A stretch of DNA of 64,000 bases, taken from the NCBI GenBank assembly GCA_964447345.1, contig CAYUSM010000001.1, positions 194 to 64,193 on the forward strand, written 5' to 3'. Both the position numbers and the translations under genes were made by a program. Every line of letters begins with the position of its first letter. Position 1 is the first letter of the stretch. Positions 1 through 8,713 of this stretch are shown piece after piece. The stretch comes from an uncultured Sulfitobacter sp. (GTDB taxonomy: Bacteria; Pseudomonadota; Alphaproteobacteria; Rhodobacterales; Rhodobacteraceae). The notes beneath the pieces were generated by a model. The model saw only the letters and a list, made by a program, of their open reading frames with translations, searched no databases and had not been told where the DNA came from.

Positions 1-214
1 TTTGTTTTTTCGGTCGCTCCGTTCTTGGAATGACGCGGGCCTTTGCGGCCAATTGCGGTCAGCGACCGATGATCAGACTCTTACTGATTCAATCACTGTG
101 CCGCCAATTCATCTCGATGAACAGCCCTATTGCTGTATCACCGGATACGGCTGTTCACCGTAGGGTTGTTTGAAATCATCTTCAAGTCATCAGGTTTTGC
201 AACCTATGCACCAA

Positions 215-230
215 GTTAACCATTTATTAA
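215..230 (-). promoter_or_regulatory. CtrA full binding site (TTAA-N7-TTAAC)
   Basis: Plus strand GTTAACCATTTATTAA reads TTAA-TAAATGG-TTAAC on the minus strand, an exact match to the alphaproteobacterial CtrA consensus, in an AT-rich intergenic stretch. Confidence 0.65.
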
Positions 231-386
231 GATTATGATTTTCCTGAAGCCGGCTGCCAACCAGTTGTTGTTGAATTCACCAATTGTTTAAAATATTCAA
301 CATCCCACCTGACGAGGAGCAGCAAGAGCTTGCGTCGTTGAGCAATCCGTTGAAACTTGGCCGAAAGCAAATGAAAGGCCCGCAAA

Positions 387-2006
387 ATGTCCCATTTCGG
401 CGAATACATGAGGTTCACAACATTCGCCGGGGTTTTGGTTCTGACGCTTGTGTTCTTGATCCTGACGTACACATGGTCCGGCTGGTTTGCCCTGCCCTTC
501 GCGCTTTTCGCAGTTCTGTCCGGCATGGGGATTTACGATGTTACCCAGACAAAACACTCCATCCTGCGGAACTATCCTGTGCTGGGGCACATGCGCTTCT
601 TTTTCGAAGGGATTCGCCCAGAAATCCGGCAATACCTGATCGAATCCGATCAGGATGAGGAACCGTTCAGCCGGGATGACCGCTCGCTTGTCTATCAACG
701 CGCGAAGGGCCAAGAAGACGCGCGCCCCTTCGGCACACGGCAGCGGGTTTATGATGCGGGGTATTCATGGGTCACACATTCCGTGCAGCCCGTGCATATC
801 GAAGACCACGACTTTCGCACACTCATCGGCGGGCCGCAGTGCAAGAAGCCGTATTCCGCATCGCTCTACAACATTTCCGCGATGAGTTTCGGCTCCCTCT
901 CTGCCAATGCCATTCAGGCATTGAACACCGGTGCAAAGATGGGGGGATTTGCCCATGATACTGGTGAGGGATCGGTCAGCCGGTATCACAAGGCGGGTGG
1001 CGGTGATCTGATCTACCAATTGGCGTCGGGCTATTTTGGCAGTCGGGCGGAGGACGGCACATTCGATCCGGAGAAGTTCAGAGCGACGGCCTCGCTCGAT
1101 CAGATCAAGATGATTGAACTGAAGCTTAGCCAGGGGGCAAAGCCGGGGCACGGCGGAATGCTCCCCGCCTCCAAAATATCGCCCGAGATCGCCGAGGCGC
1201 GCGGGGTGCCGATGGGCAAGGATTGTATCTCGCCCGCAGCGCATTCCGCGTTTTCAACACCCATTGAGATGATGGAGTTCATTGCGCAGCTCAGAGAATT
1301 GTCGGGGGGCAAGCCTGTCGGTTTCAAGCTGTGCATCGGTCACCGGCGCGAGTTTATGTGCATGGTGAAAGCGATGCTGGAAACCGGGATCACGCCGGAC
1401 TTCATCGTGGTGGACGGCACCGAAGGGGGCACGGGCGCGGCACCGGTTGAGTTTTCGAACCACGTCGGCATGCCAATGATCGAAGGGCTGACCTTTGTTC
1501 ACAACACCCTGCGGGGCGCGAACCTGCGGGATCAGATCAAGGTGGGCGCTGCGGGCAAGATCGTGCACGCCTTCGATATTGCCCGCGCACTGGCATTGGG
1601 GGCGGACTGGTGCAATTCCGCGCGCGGCTTTATGTTTGCCATTGGCTGCATTCAGGCGCAGGCCTGTCACACGAACCATTGCCCCGTCGGGGTGGCCACA
1701 CAAGACAAGGTCCGCATGCGCGCGCTTGATGTGAACCACAAGAGCACCCGTGTGGCGCGCTTTCATGCGAATACCATGGAGGCTTTGGGTGAAATGACGG
1801 GGGCCGCAGGCCTCACGCACCCGAGTGATTTTCTGCCCTACCACCTGATGTTGCGGCAGGGGGACAAGAGCATGGCGGAAGGCAGTGACGTTTTTGGCTA
1901 CTTGCCCGAAGGCTATTTGCTGGACGATGATGCCGAAGACTATCGCGGCAACAAGAGCCGCTGGGCAAGGGCGCGCGCGGACAGCTTCGCGCCGGTGGAT
2001 GTTTAG
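387..2006 (+). CDS. FMN-binding glutamate synthase family protein (membrane-anchored)
   Basis: N-terminal TM helices; SAMSFGSLS, DTGEG, ELKLSQGAKPGHGG and VDGTEGGTGA motifs; [3Fe-4S] motif CIQAQACHTNHC. Confidence 0.9.
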   Translation: MSHFGEYMRFTTFAGVLVLTLVFLILTYTWSGWFALPFALFAVLSGMGIYDVTQTKHSILRNYPVLGHMRFFFEGIRPEIRQYLIESDQDEEPFSRDDRSLVYQRAKGQEDARPFGTRQRVYDAGYSWVTHSVQPVHIEDHDFRTLIGGPQCKKPYSASLYNISAMSFGSLSANAIQALNTGAKMGGFAHDTGEGSVSRYHKAGGGDLIYQLASGYFGSRAEDGTFDPEKFRATASLDQIKMIELKLSQGAKPGHGGMLPASKISPEIAEARGVPMGKDCISPAAHSAFSTPIEMMEFIAQLRELSGGKPVGFKLCIGHRREFMCMVKAMLETGITPDFIVVDGTEGGTGAAPVEFSNHVGMPMIEGLTFVHNTLRGANLRDQIKVGAAGKIVHAFDIARALALGADWCNSARGFMFAIGCIQAQACHTNHCPVGVATQDKVRMRALDVNHKSTRVARFHANTMEALGEMTGAAGLTHPSDFLPYHLMLRQGDKSMAEGSDVFGYLPEGYLLDDDAEDYRGNKSRWARARADSFAPVDV

Positions 2007-2052
2007 GATTTAGGGAACAGTCGCCGCCCCCGGCGTACTGATCTCACAAAGC

Positions 2053-2082
2053 AAAAGGCGCGCAGAAAATCTACGCGCCTTT
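2053..2082. terminator. Probable bidirectional intrinsic terminator
   Basis: AAAGGCGCG...CGCGCCTTT stem between convergent genes. Confidence 0.7.
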
Positions 2083-2102
2083 CCAAGATACCTTACAGCC
2101 AA

Positions 2103-3506
2103 TCAGCCCTCAGCAACAGCCGCCTGAACCGCTGCTTCGAGGATCGTCATGCCTTCCTCGACCACGGCATCAGAGGCTGTCAGCGGCACCATGATACGCA
2201 GGGCGTTGCCGTGCATGCCACAGCTGAGCAGCAGCAGACCGCGCTTCAGCGCATGTGCGATCACCTTTTTGGTGAAGGCAGCGTCCGGTGCTGCGGTGTC
2301 AAAGTCCGTCACGAACTCGACAGCGACCATCGCGCCCAGGCCACGGATGTCCCAGAACCGGTAGGGGGCGGAGCGTGTGCCGATCTCAGCCAGGCGCGAC
2401 TTCAACATGTCGCCCATCGCTGTGGAACGGGTGAGCAGGCCTTCGTTCTCGATGGCGTCGATGGCAGCGAGTGCTGCAGCACAGGCGACGGGGTTGCCGC
2501 CGTAGGTGCCACCAAGACCGCCGGGGTCCATCGCGTCCATGATATCCGCACGGCCAATCACACCCGCCAGCGGGTAACCGCCAGCCATGGATTTCGCCAC
2601 GGTGATCAAGTCTGGCACAACGCCGGAGTGCTCAACGGCAAACCAAGTCCCCGTGCGGCCAAAGCCCGCTTGCACTTCGTCTGCAATCAGCAGGATGCCG
2701 TGTTCGTCACAGATGCTGCGCAACTGCTGCATCATGTCGAAAGGTACGGGCACATAGCCACCTTCGCCCAGCACAGGCTCGATGATGATTGCTGCCACGC
2801 GCTCTGGCTGTGCATCTGTCAGGAAGAGGTTCTTCAGGCCGGTGATAGCGTCCTCGACGGTGATGCCGTCACGCACGGACGGGAAGGGTGCGCGGAAGAC
2901 ATCTGCCGGGAAGGGCCCGACGTCTTTCTTATAAGGAGACACCTTGCCGGTCATGCCCAGCGTCAGCAGGGTGCGGCCATGATAGCCACCGGTAAAGGCA
3001 ATCACGCCCGGACGGCCGGTAGCGGCACGCGCGATTTTTACCGCGTTTTCAACAGCTTCCGCACCTGTTGTGACCAACAGTGTTTTCTTTGGTGCATCGC
3101 CTGGTGCCAGCGCGTTAAGACGTTCAGCCAGCTCGATGTAAGGCGCATAAGGCACAACCTGGAAAGAGGTGTGCGTGTAGTGGTCTTCCTGCGCCTTGGC
3201 CGCTTCGATCACCTTGGGGTGACGGTGGCCGGTGTTGAGCACACCAATGCCACCGCAGAAGTCGATGTAGCGGTTGCCTTCAACGTCCCACAGCTCTGCG
3301 TTCTCGGCATGTTTGGCGTAGACCGGCGCGGCGGAGGCCACACCGCGTGGCACAGCGGCATCGCGGCGGGCAATCAGCTGAGCGTTCGTGACATCGGCAG
3401 CAGCGACGGCTTCAGATACGAGTGTATCGACGACGGCCTTGGTTTCTGCGGCGACCTTCTTTTTCGGGGCGGCCTTACGGCGCGGTTTCTTTACGGTATT
3501 GGACAT
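2103..3506 (-). CDS. gabT: 4-aminobutyrate--2-oxoglutarate transaminase with Lys/Ala-rich N-terminal extension
   Basis: Class III PLP motifs WDVEGNRYIDF, TGAEAVENAVKIAR, ADEVQAGFGRTG, VAKSMAGG, GGTYGGNP; AAGGA RBS before the ATG. Confidence 0.9.
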   Translation of the reverse strand: MSNTVKKPRRKAAPKKKVAAETKAVVDTLVSEAVAAADVTNAQLIARRDAAVPRGVASAAPVYAKHAENAELWDVEGNRYIDFCGGIGVLNTGHRHPKVIEAAKAQEDHYTHTSFQVVPYAPYIELAERLNALAPGDAPKKTLLVTTGAEAVENAVKIARAATGRPGVIAFTGGYHGRTLLTLGMTGKVSPYKKDVGPFPADVFRAPFPSVRDGITVEDAITGLKNLFLTDAQPERVAAIIIEPVLGEGGYVPVPFDMMQQLRSICDEHGILLIADEVQAGFGRTGTWFAVEHSGVVPDLITVAKSMAGGYPLAGVIGRADIMDAMDPGGLGGTYGGNPVACAAALAAIDAIENEGLLTRSTAMGDMLKSRLAEIGTRSAPYRFWDIRGLGAMVAVEFVTDFDTAAPDAAFTKKVIAHALKRGLLLLSCGMHGNALRIMVPLTASDAVVEEGMTILEAAVQAAVAEG

Positions 3507-3691
3507 TGTGAGAATCCTTTGATCAAAACGCAGGCGTGCGTTTAAAAAATCCTATCATTCTGTTTAATATACTTGTCAATCGTTGATTTATTGCCGATTG
3601 ATTTTTCGCGTGTGGCTGCGCTGAATTTTGCTTGTGACAACACGGGCCGCGGGCGCTACCAACAGGGCAGGAAACGGCAAGGATTGCTGCA

Positions 3692-4243
3692 TTGGACATC
3701 GGACACAAGCTCAAGACAATCCGCAAGGAGCGCGGGCTTTCCCAACGCGAGTTGGCCACACGTGCCGGTCTGACCAATGGCACCATTTCGTTGATCGAGC
3801 AGAACCGGACAAGTCCTTCTGTCGCATCATTGAAAAGCCTTCTGGATGCGATCCCCATCAGCATGGCGGAGTTCTTTTCCACAATCGAAGAAACAGACAC
3901 GCCCAAGGTTTTCTACAAGGCCTCCGAGTTCACGGAAATCGCGCCTGAGAGCGAAGGGAAACTGTCGCTGCGGATGTTGGGCGACGCCCAGAATCATGCC
4001 TTGCAGGTTTTGCACGAAACCTATCCGCCCGGCGCGGACACCGGGCCAGAAGAAATATCTCACGACGGGGAAGAAGCGGGCATAGTTGTGCGCGGCTCTA
4101 TCGAAGTGACGGTTGATGGGCACACGGCGATTCTCAACCCCGGCGACGGCTATCTTTTCGACAGTCGCCTGCCACATCGGTTCCGCAACAACGGAACTTC
4201 GGTCTGCGAGATCGTAAGCGCCTGCACGCCTCCAAGCTTCTGA
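3692..4243 (+). CDS. XRE-HTH plus cupin regulator (PuuR/PauR-like)
   Basis: GLSQRELA...ISLIEQNRTSPSVASL HTH; cupin HDGEE...FDSRLPHRFRN; divergent from gabT; TTG start. Confidence 0.88.
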   Translation: MDIGHKLKTIRKERGLSQRELATRAGLTNGTISLIEQNRTSPSVASLKSLLDAIPISMAEFFSTIEETDTPKVFYKASEFTEIAPESEGKLSLRMLGDAQNHALQVLHETYPPGADTGPEEISHDGEEAGIVVRGSIEVTVDGHTAILNPGDGYLFDSRLPHRFRNNGTSVCEIVSACTPPSF

Positions 4244-4251
4244 GCCCAAAC

Positions 4252-4283
4252 GAAAGGCCCTGCACGATCATGCAGGGCCTTCG
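4252..4283. terminator. Hairpin terminator between convergent genes
   Basis: AAGGCCCTGCA-cgatca-TGCAGGGCCTT perfect 11-bp stem. Confidence 0.7.
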
Positions 4284-4302
4284 CATCTAGACTTTGGTAT
4301 GC

Positions 4303-4461
4303 TCATCGGTCTGATTTTGAATTTCGACCGTTGTCCGGCCTTTTTCGATATTTTTCATTGCTCCCGGAGTATTCACCCCGTTTGCTCGTCGTGAGTGTGA
4401 CGATGATGATCGCCACCAAAATCAGACTTGCCAAGCCACCGAGGAAAATATCGGTAGACAT
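4303..4461 (-). CDS. Small single-TM protein (52 aa), probably EcfG-regulated
   Basis: MSTDIFLGGLASLILVAIIIVTLTTSK... has one TM helix and a charged tail; GGAGAAAGGA RBS before ATG 4461; EcfG-type promoter upstream. Confidence 0.65.
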   Translation of the reverse strand: MSTDIFLGGLASLILVAIIIVTLTTSKRGEYSGSNEKYRKRPDNGRNSKSDR

Positions 4462-4494
4462 GTTGGGTCCTTTCTCCACTCCGTTCACTGGCCC

Positions 4495-4520
4495 AACAGC
4501 GCGCACAAAGAGAAAGTTCC
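4495..4520 (-). promoter_or_regulatory. EcfG-type promoter for the small TM protein
   Basis: Minus strand GGAAC-tttctctttgtgcgcgc-TGTT (GGAAC-N17-xGTT). Confidence 0.65.
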
Positions 4521-4552
4521 GATAAGGTTCAGATTCATTTCAGCCGTGGCGT

Positions 4553-6274
4553 CTAATAATCGTAGACCTGTTTAGACACCTGCGGCACAGGGAAGACAAT
4601 TTCCAGCGTATAGTCGTACGCGGTCTCAGCAATCTCAGTCTGACCATTAAGCTGTCTTGAGAAGGCGTGGATCAGCCGGGAACCAAGACCTGTCCCTTCC
4701 ACGTCGGGGGTATTTCCTTTGGTATTTCGAACCGTCAGCTTCGCATGGTCGTCAGATTGCGGCTCAAGGGTGACGGCAATCTCCGCCTTAGCCGTTGAAT
4801 CCTGCATGATGTGCTTCAGTGCGTTGGTCAGGGCTTCCGACACCAGCAACGTCAATGGAGCCGCATCATCCGCATCAATGCTGATCTCCGCGTATTCCTG
4901 AACGACATTGACGTTGGAACCCGGGGCCAATCCAACAGACAGCAGTTGGTTCACAACCTCATGCAACAGCACCGCCGCATCGACCCGGACCAGATTGTCG
5001 TTCTGATAGAGGTTCTTGTGCACAGTTGCGAGGCTCAGAATGCGCTCCTGCAATCGGCGCAGCACAAGACTTGCGTCCTTTGTCTTGGCCTGCCTGATCT
5101 GCATGTTCATGATGGATGAAATCAGTTGCAGGTTGTTCTTCACCCTGTGGTGGACTTCCTTAAGGAGGATGTTCTTTTCGCGCAGACTGTCTTCCAGCGA
5201 CGCCTCGTCCCGCAGAATACTTTCCGCCATACCAACAAAAGCCGCTTCCATCTCGACCAGTTCACTTGGCACGCCCGCGCCCAGGGCTTCGCGCGGTAAA
5301 CTCCGGTTGAGTGCGAAACGGCGCATCTGGCGTACCAGTTTTCTGATATGCCGAATTGCAAGACGGTTAAGGGCCCAAAAGGCAACAACAAGACTAGCCG
5401 CCCACATTGCAATAGGGATCAGCGCACCCAACCGGGTGATGATCGACGGGTTGAGAAAGGGTGCATCTGTCGGCCAAACACTGACCGCAAAGACAACATC
5501 CCTGACGATGGGCTGTATCGCATACACCCTAGAAACGCCCGACTTGTTTTTTGCCTCAAACACCGCAGATTCCTCGTGGGTAAAAACCGCCAGGGCGATG
5601 TCTGCCGGCAGTTCTTGCGGCGACGCATCCAAGCCACGCTCGCTGGTGATGACCTTTCCAGCCTTGTTGAATGTCATCAAAGCGGTCGGGGTCAAAGACA
5701 GCACAGGCTCTCGAATTGCTTCGAAGGCACTGAATGGGATTGAGATTGCAACGAAGCCGATCAGCTCTTCGTCCTCGAAAACTGGGGTGGTCACGACCGT
5801 CACAGAACGCCGGGTCACAGCCCCATCTTGGATGGACTGGATGCGCGGGGCTGGATTGGCCATCGCTTCAATGAAATCGGAGTTTTCCGAAAAATCAAAT
5901 GGCGCTTCGGCGGATGAACATACCATAAGACCGTCGGTGGGGATGAAGCCAACAAGACTGAAGTATGGATTGTCTGCTTGATAGGCACGGAAAAATCTTG
6001 AGCATTCTTCCAGGTCATTGCGGCGCAACTTCGCGATGGATCTCAATGCGTCCGCAGCACCAAACGCCTCCCGCAAAATCTGCGCCTCAGCGGAGGCGGC
6101 CTGTTCTGTAATGGCGATCAGCGAAAGCTCTGCATTGATGCGGTTTTGACCTGCGATTTGCTGGGTCTGGCTGATGGCAATCAGCCCAATCGGCAACATT
6201 GCCAGAGACAGAAAAAACAGAACACGAAAGGCCAGGCCCCTCAGGAGGTCTCCATTAAAGAAACCAGAGGTCAT
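4553..6274 (-). CDS. Membrane sensor histidine kinase, HisKA_2/HRxxN type (GSR-associated)
   Basis: Two TMs around a periplasmic Cache-like region; H-box EVHHRVKNNLQ; N-box EALTNALKH; GTGLGSRLI; 2 bp downstream of ecfG. Confidence 0.9.
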   Translation of the reverse strand: MTSGFFNGDLLRGLAFRVLFFLSLAMLPIGLIAISQTQQIAGQNRINAELSLIAITEQAASAEAQILREAFGAADALRSIAKLRRNDLEECSRFFRAYQADNPYFSLVGFIPTDGLMVCSSAEAPFDFSENSDFIEAMANPAPRIQSIQDGAVTRRSVTVVTTPVFEDEELIGFVAISIPFSAFEAIREPVLSLTPTALMTFNKAGKVITSERGLDASPQELPADIALAVFTHEESAVFEAKNKSGVSRVYAIQPIVRDVVFAVSVWPTDAPFLNPSIITRLGALIPIAMWAASLVVAFWALNRLAIRHIRKLVRQMRRFALNRSLPREALGAGVPSELVEMEAAFVGMAESILRDEASLEDSLREKNILLKEVHHRVKNNLQLISSIMNMQIRQAKTKDASLVLRRLQERILSLATVHKNLYQNDNLVRVDAAVLLHEVVNQLLSVGLAPGSNVNVVQEYAEISIDADDAAPLTLLVSEALTNALKHIMQDSTAKAEIAVTLEPQSDDHAKLTVRNTKGNTPDVEGTGLGSRLIHAFSRQLNGQTEIAETAYDYTLEIVFPVPQVSKQVYDY

Positions 6275-6276
6275 GG

Positions 6277-6834
6277 TTAGAAAGAGGCAACCTTGGACGC
6301 AGACAGCACCGACATCGTCGCGTCATCCGTCATTTCCATTGCTTCATTCTCATCGTGTCCCAACAACACAGCCAGCTGCGCCCGCGCACGATTTGTTCTG
6401 CTTTTGATCGTTCCCACTGCGACACCGCACATTTCTGCTGCCTCTTCGTAGGAAAATCCTGACGCGCCGACAAGCAAAAGTGCTTCGCGCTGTTCGTCTT
6501 TCAGCTTCATCAGCGCGCGCCGGAAATCCGCCATTTGCATGTGACCATCATGCGCTGGCTTCTCGGCAAGGCTTTCCGTGAACACGCCGTCCACATCAGC
6601 AACTTCACGCTTGGCTTTGCGGCGATTGGAATAATAAGTGTTGCGCAGGATGGTGAAGAGCCATGCCCGCATGTTGGTACCGACCTCGAATTTGTCGATA
6701 TTGGTCCACGCTTTGACCAGCGTGTCTTGCACCATGTCGTCCGCGACAGCGCTGTTGCGCGTTAAACTTATGGCAAAGGCCCGCATCGCCGGCAGGTGCT
6801 CTACCAGTTCGTCCCGGGGATCAAATTCGCTCAT
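6277..6834 (-). CDS. ecfG: ECF sigma factor EcfG (general stress response)
   Basis: ADDMVQDTLVKAW, GTNMRAWLFTILRN, SYEEAAEMCGVAVGTIKSR; nepR/phyR context. Confidence 0.93.
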   Translation of the reverse strand: MSEFDPRDELVEHLPAMRAFAISLTRNSAVADDMVQDTLVKAWTNIDKFEVGTNMRAWLFTILRNTYYSNRRKAKREVADVDGVFTESLAEKPAHDGHMQMADFRRALMKLKDEQREALLLVGASGFSYEEAAEMCGVAVGTIKSRTNRARAQLAVLLGHDENEAMEMTDDATMSVLSASKVASF

Positions 6835-6986
6835 TTGGTTTGACCCTGCTCGGTATCTTGTTGGCGGAGCTGCGCCAGCAAGTCCTTGAAGCGGTCCGGG
6901 ATACCCTCATCAAGCGTCTGGTCGAACACTTTTTTGAGGTTTTCATCGATTGCCTTCTCGCGATCGTTATTGGTGGGCGTATTCAC
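6831..6986 (-). CDS. nepR: Anti-sigma factor NepR (51 aa; absent from the supplied ORF track)
   Basis: Hand translation from GTG 6986: MNTPTNNDREKAIDENLKKVFDQTLDEGIPDRFKDLLAQLRQQDTEQGQTK; NepR-type PDRFxDLL core; GAGGT RBS; ATGA overlap with the ecfG start. Confidence 0.92.
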   Translation of the reverse strand: MNTPTNNDREKAIDENLKKVFDQTLDEGIPDRFKDLLAQLRQQDTEQGQTK

Positions 6987-7039
6987 GAAGTCGACCTCTG
7001 ATTTTGCGTCAAAAACGCACTATATTTTTCACATGCACG

Positions 7040-7071
7040 GGAACCAACGCCGCCGTGAGGTGTTTGGTTCC
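7040..7071. promoter_or_regulatory. Overlapping divergent EcfG promoters for phyR and nepR-ecfG
   Basis: Plus: GGAAC(7040)-N16-TGTT(7061-7064). Minus: GGAAC(7071-7067)-N17-CGTT(7049-7046). Confidence 0.85.
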
Positions 7072-7100
7072 CATAAAGTTGAAAAAAAAGGACCGCTCAG

Positions 7101-7910
7101 ATGAGTGAAGCATCACCAGAAACCACGTTCAGTGACCAGCTTGGTGCAAATATTCCATACCTCCGCCGCTTTTCCCGCGCGATGACAGGCAGCCAGCAAA
7201 GTGGGGACACGTTTGCTGCAGCGACGTTGGAAGCCATTCTTGCGGATCGGTCCGTTATTGATGGACATGACGTCAAAACCGGCCTTTTCAAGGTGCTTTA
7301 TGGTATTTGGGCCAGCGCGGGCGCCCCGATCGAAGACGGCGAAAGCGGTGCACGTGCCAAGGCACAGCGACGACTTGCCAGTCTGACCAACAACAGCCGT
7401 GAGGCGCTGCTGCTTCACACAGTCGAAGGATTTTCCTTTGCAGAGATCGCTTCGATCATTGGCGTCGATCAAAATGAGGCCGAAGAGCTGATCAATATTG
7501 CGCGACGCGAAATGGCCGACAGTGCAGCCGGGTCTGTGATGATCATCGAGGATGAGGCGATCATTGCGATGGACATTGAATCCATCGTTGCGGATATGGG
7601 CCACCGTGTGACGGGCATCGCGCGCACGCGGGACGAGGCCATTGAACTTGCACGCGCTGACGTGCCTGATCTAATCCTGGCAGACATCCAACTGGCCGAT
7701 AATTCATCGGGCATCGATGCCGTAAACGATATCCTGCAGGAGTTGGGGGTGCGCCCGGTGATCTTTATCACAGCCTTCCCCGAGCGTCTGCTTACAGGTG
7801 ACAAACCCGAACCAGCATTCCTGATCTCAAAGCCGTATTCTGTCGATCAGGTTGTCTCTTCCGTATCTCAGGCGATGTTCTTCTCTTCCACTGAGACCCT
7901 GAACGCCTAA
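7101..7910 (+). CDS. phyR: Anti-anti-sigma response regulator PhyR
   Basis: N-terminal sigma-like domain (IPYLRRFSRAMTGSQQSGD) and C-terminal receiver (IIEDE, LADIQLAD, FITAFPERLLTG, KPY). Confidence 0.95.
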   Translation: MSEASPETTFSDQLGANIPYLRRFSRAMTGSQQSGDTFAAATLEAILADRSVIDGHDVKTGLFKVLYGIWASAGAPIEDGESGARAKAQRRLASLTNNSREALLLHTVEGFSFAEIASIIGVDQNEAEELINIARREMADSAAGSVMIIEDEAIIAMDIESIVADMGHRVTGIARTRDEAIELARADVPDLILADIQLADNSSGIDAVNDILQELGVRPVIFITAFPERLLTGDKPEPAFLISKPYSVDQVVSSVSQAMFFSSTETLNA

Positions 7911-7934
7911 GTCCGCCCCTCGGATATAAAGTTT

Positions 7935-7963
7935 AAAGCCCCGGCCCTGCGCCGGGGCTTTTT
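7935..7963 (+). terminator. Intrinsic terminator after phyR
   Basis: AAAGCCCCGGC-cctgc-GCCGGGGCTTTTT. Confidence 0.8.
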
Positions 7964-7967
7964 GTCG

Positions 7968-7992
7968 GGAACCAACCCGGGCTTGCTGCGTT
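7968..7992 (+). promoter_or_regulatory. EcfG promoter for the DUF883/holin-like pair
   Basis: GGAAC-caacccgggcttgctg-CGTT, an exact GGAAC-N16-CGTT. Confidence 0.85.
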
Positions 7993-8029
7993 GGCACACC
8001 AAAGCAATGCAATCACGGAGGACCACACA

Positions 8030-8356
8030 TTGGCATCTGTTAGCACAACGAAAGCGGAAGACAGTCCAGGCAAAAGCAAGGACGTTTCGATTGAAGACCT
8101 CTCAAACCAGATCGAGGTTTTGAAAGCAGACATTTCTGGTCTGACCAGCACCATCGCAAATTACACCAAGGCCAAAAGTGCGGAAGCATCCGCGACCGCC
8201 AAGGTGAAAGCCAGAGAAGCCGTAGATGCTGGCCACGAGAAAGTGCTGGAGGCGCAGCTTCATGCGGAAGACTTCGTTAGGACACAGCCCGCGACGGCAC
8301 TTGGCTTGGCCGCCGGACTTGGCTTTCTTATCGGCATGTTCACGGCGCGTCGATAA
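8030..8356 (+). CDS. DUF883 (ElaB/YqjD) family tail-anchored protein
   Basis: Coiled-coil body and C-terminal VRTQPATALGLAAGLGFLIGMFTARR; start moved to TTG 8030 (GGAGG RBS, downstream of the promoter). Confidence 0.82.
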   Translation: MASVSTTKAEDSPGKSKDVSIEDLSNQIEVLKADISGLTSTIANYTKAKSAEASATAKVKAREAVDAGHEKVLEAQLHAEDFVRTQPATALGLAAGLGFLIGMFTARR

Positions 8357-8713
8357 ATGTTCGACGGCCTCGTAGATAAGGTGCAAGACGCTGCTGCCCG
8401 ATCCGGTTGCAAGGCCGCTATTGGTCTCGGTGCGGTGATCTGCTTGCCAGTGGGATTGGCGTTTCTGCCATTTGCCGCTTGGCTTGTCCTGGTCTCCGTC
8501 ACCACGCCGATTAACGCACCTCTGACCATAGGCGGCGTATATTCGGGGATTGCTCTGATCATGATCGGATCTCTTAACGCCGACGGAGACACTGTCAGCA
8601 GCGAGCCATCACGACATGCGCACCAGTGCAAGCGGACTGACGAGGATATGGGTCCGAAGATCGTAGAAGCCTTTATGAATGGTCTTCACGCTGGTCGGAA
8701 AGTACGGTCCTGA
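8357..8713 (+). CDS. Two-TM membrane protein (holin-like/YqjE-type partner of DUF883)
   Basis: Abuts the DUF883 stop; two hydrophobic segments; C-terminal AFMNGLHAG; the usual DUF883 partner arrangement. Confidence 0.6.
   Translation: MFDGLVDKVQDAAARSGCKAAIGLGAVICLPVGLAFLPFAAWLVLVSVTTPINAPLTIGGVYSGIALIMIGSLNADGDTVSSEPSRHAHQCKRTDEDMGPKIVEAFMNGLHAGRKVRS

Noticed and set aside
2211-3545. 444-aa plus-strand ORF
   Set aside because: Antisense shadow of gabT with no recognisable motifs; typical of GC-rich codon bias.
3561-3578. TGTTTAATATACTTGTCA as a PuuR/PauR-type operator
   Set aside because: The position is plausible but the dyad is too imperfect to call without orthologue alignment.
5016-5981. 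321-aa plus-strand ORF
   Set aside because: Antisense to the histidine kinase; Ser/Arg-rich shadow composition.
6886-7104. 72-aa plus-strand ORF upstream of phyR
   Set aside because: It overlaps the real nepR on the opposite strand and the EcfG promoters.
8357-8713. Holin-like gene as prophage evidence
   Set aside because: It is the usual DUF883 partner in stress loci; no endolysin or phage genes nearby.
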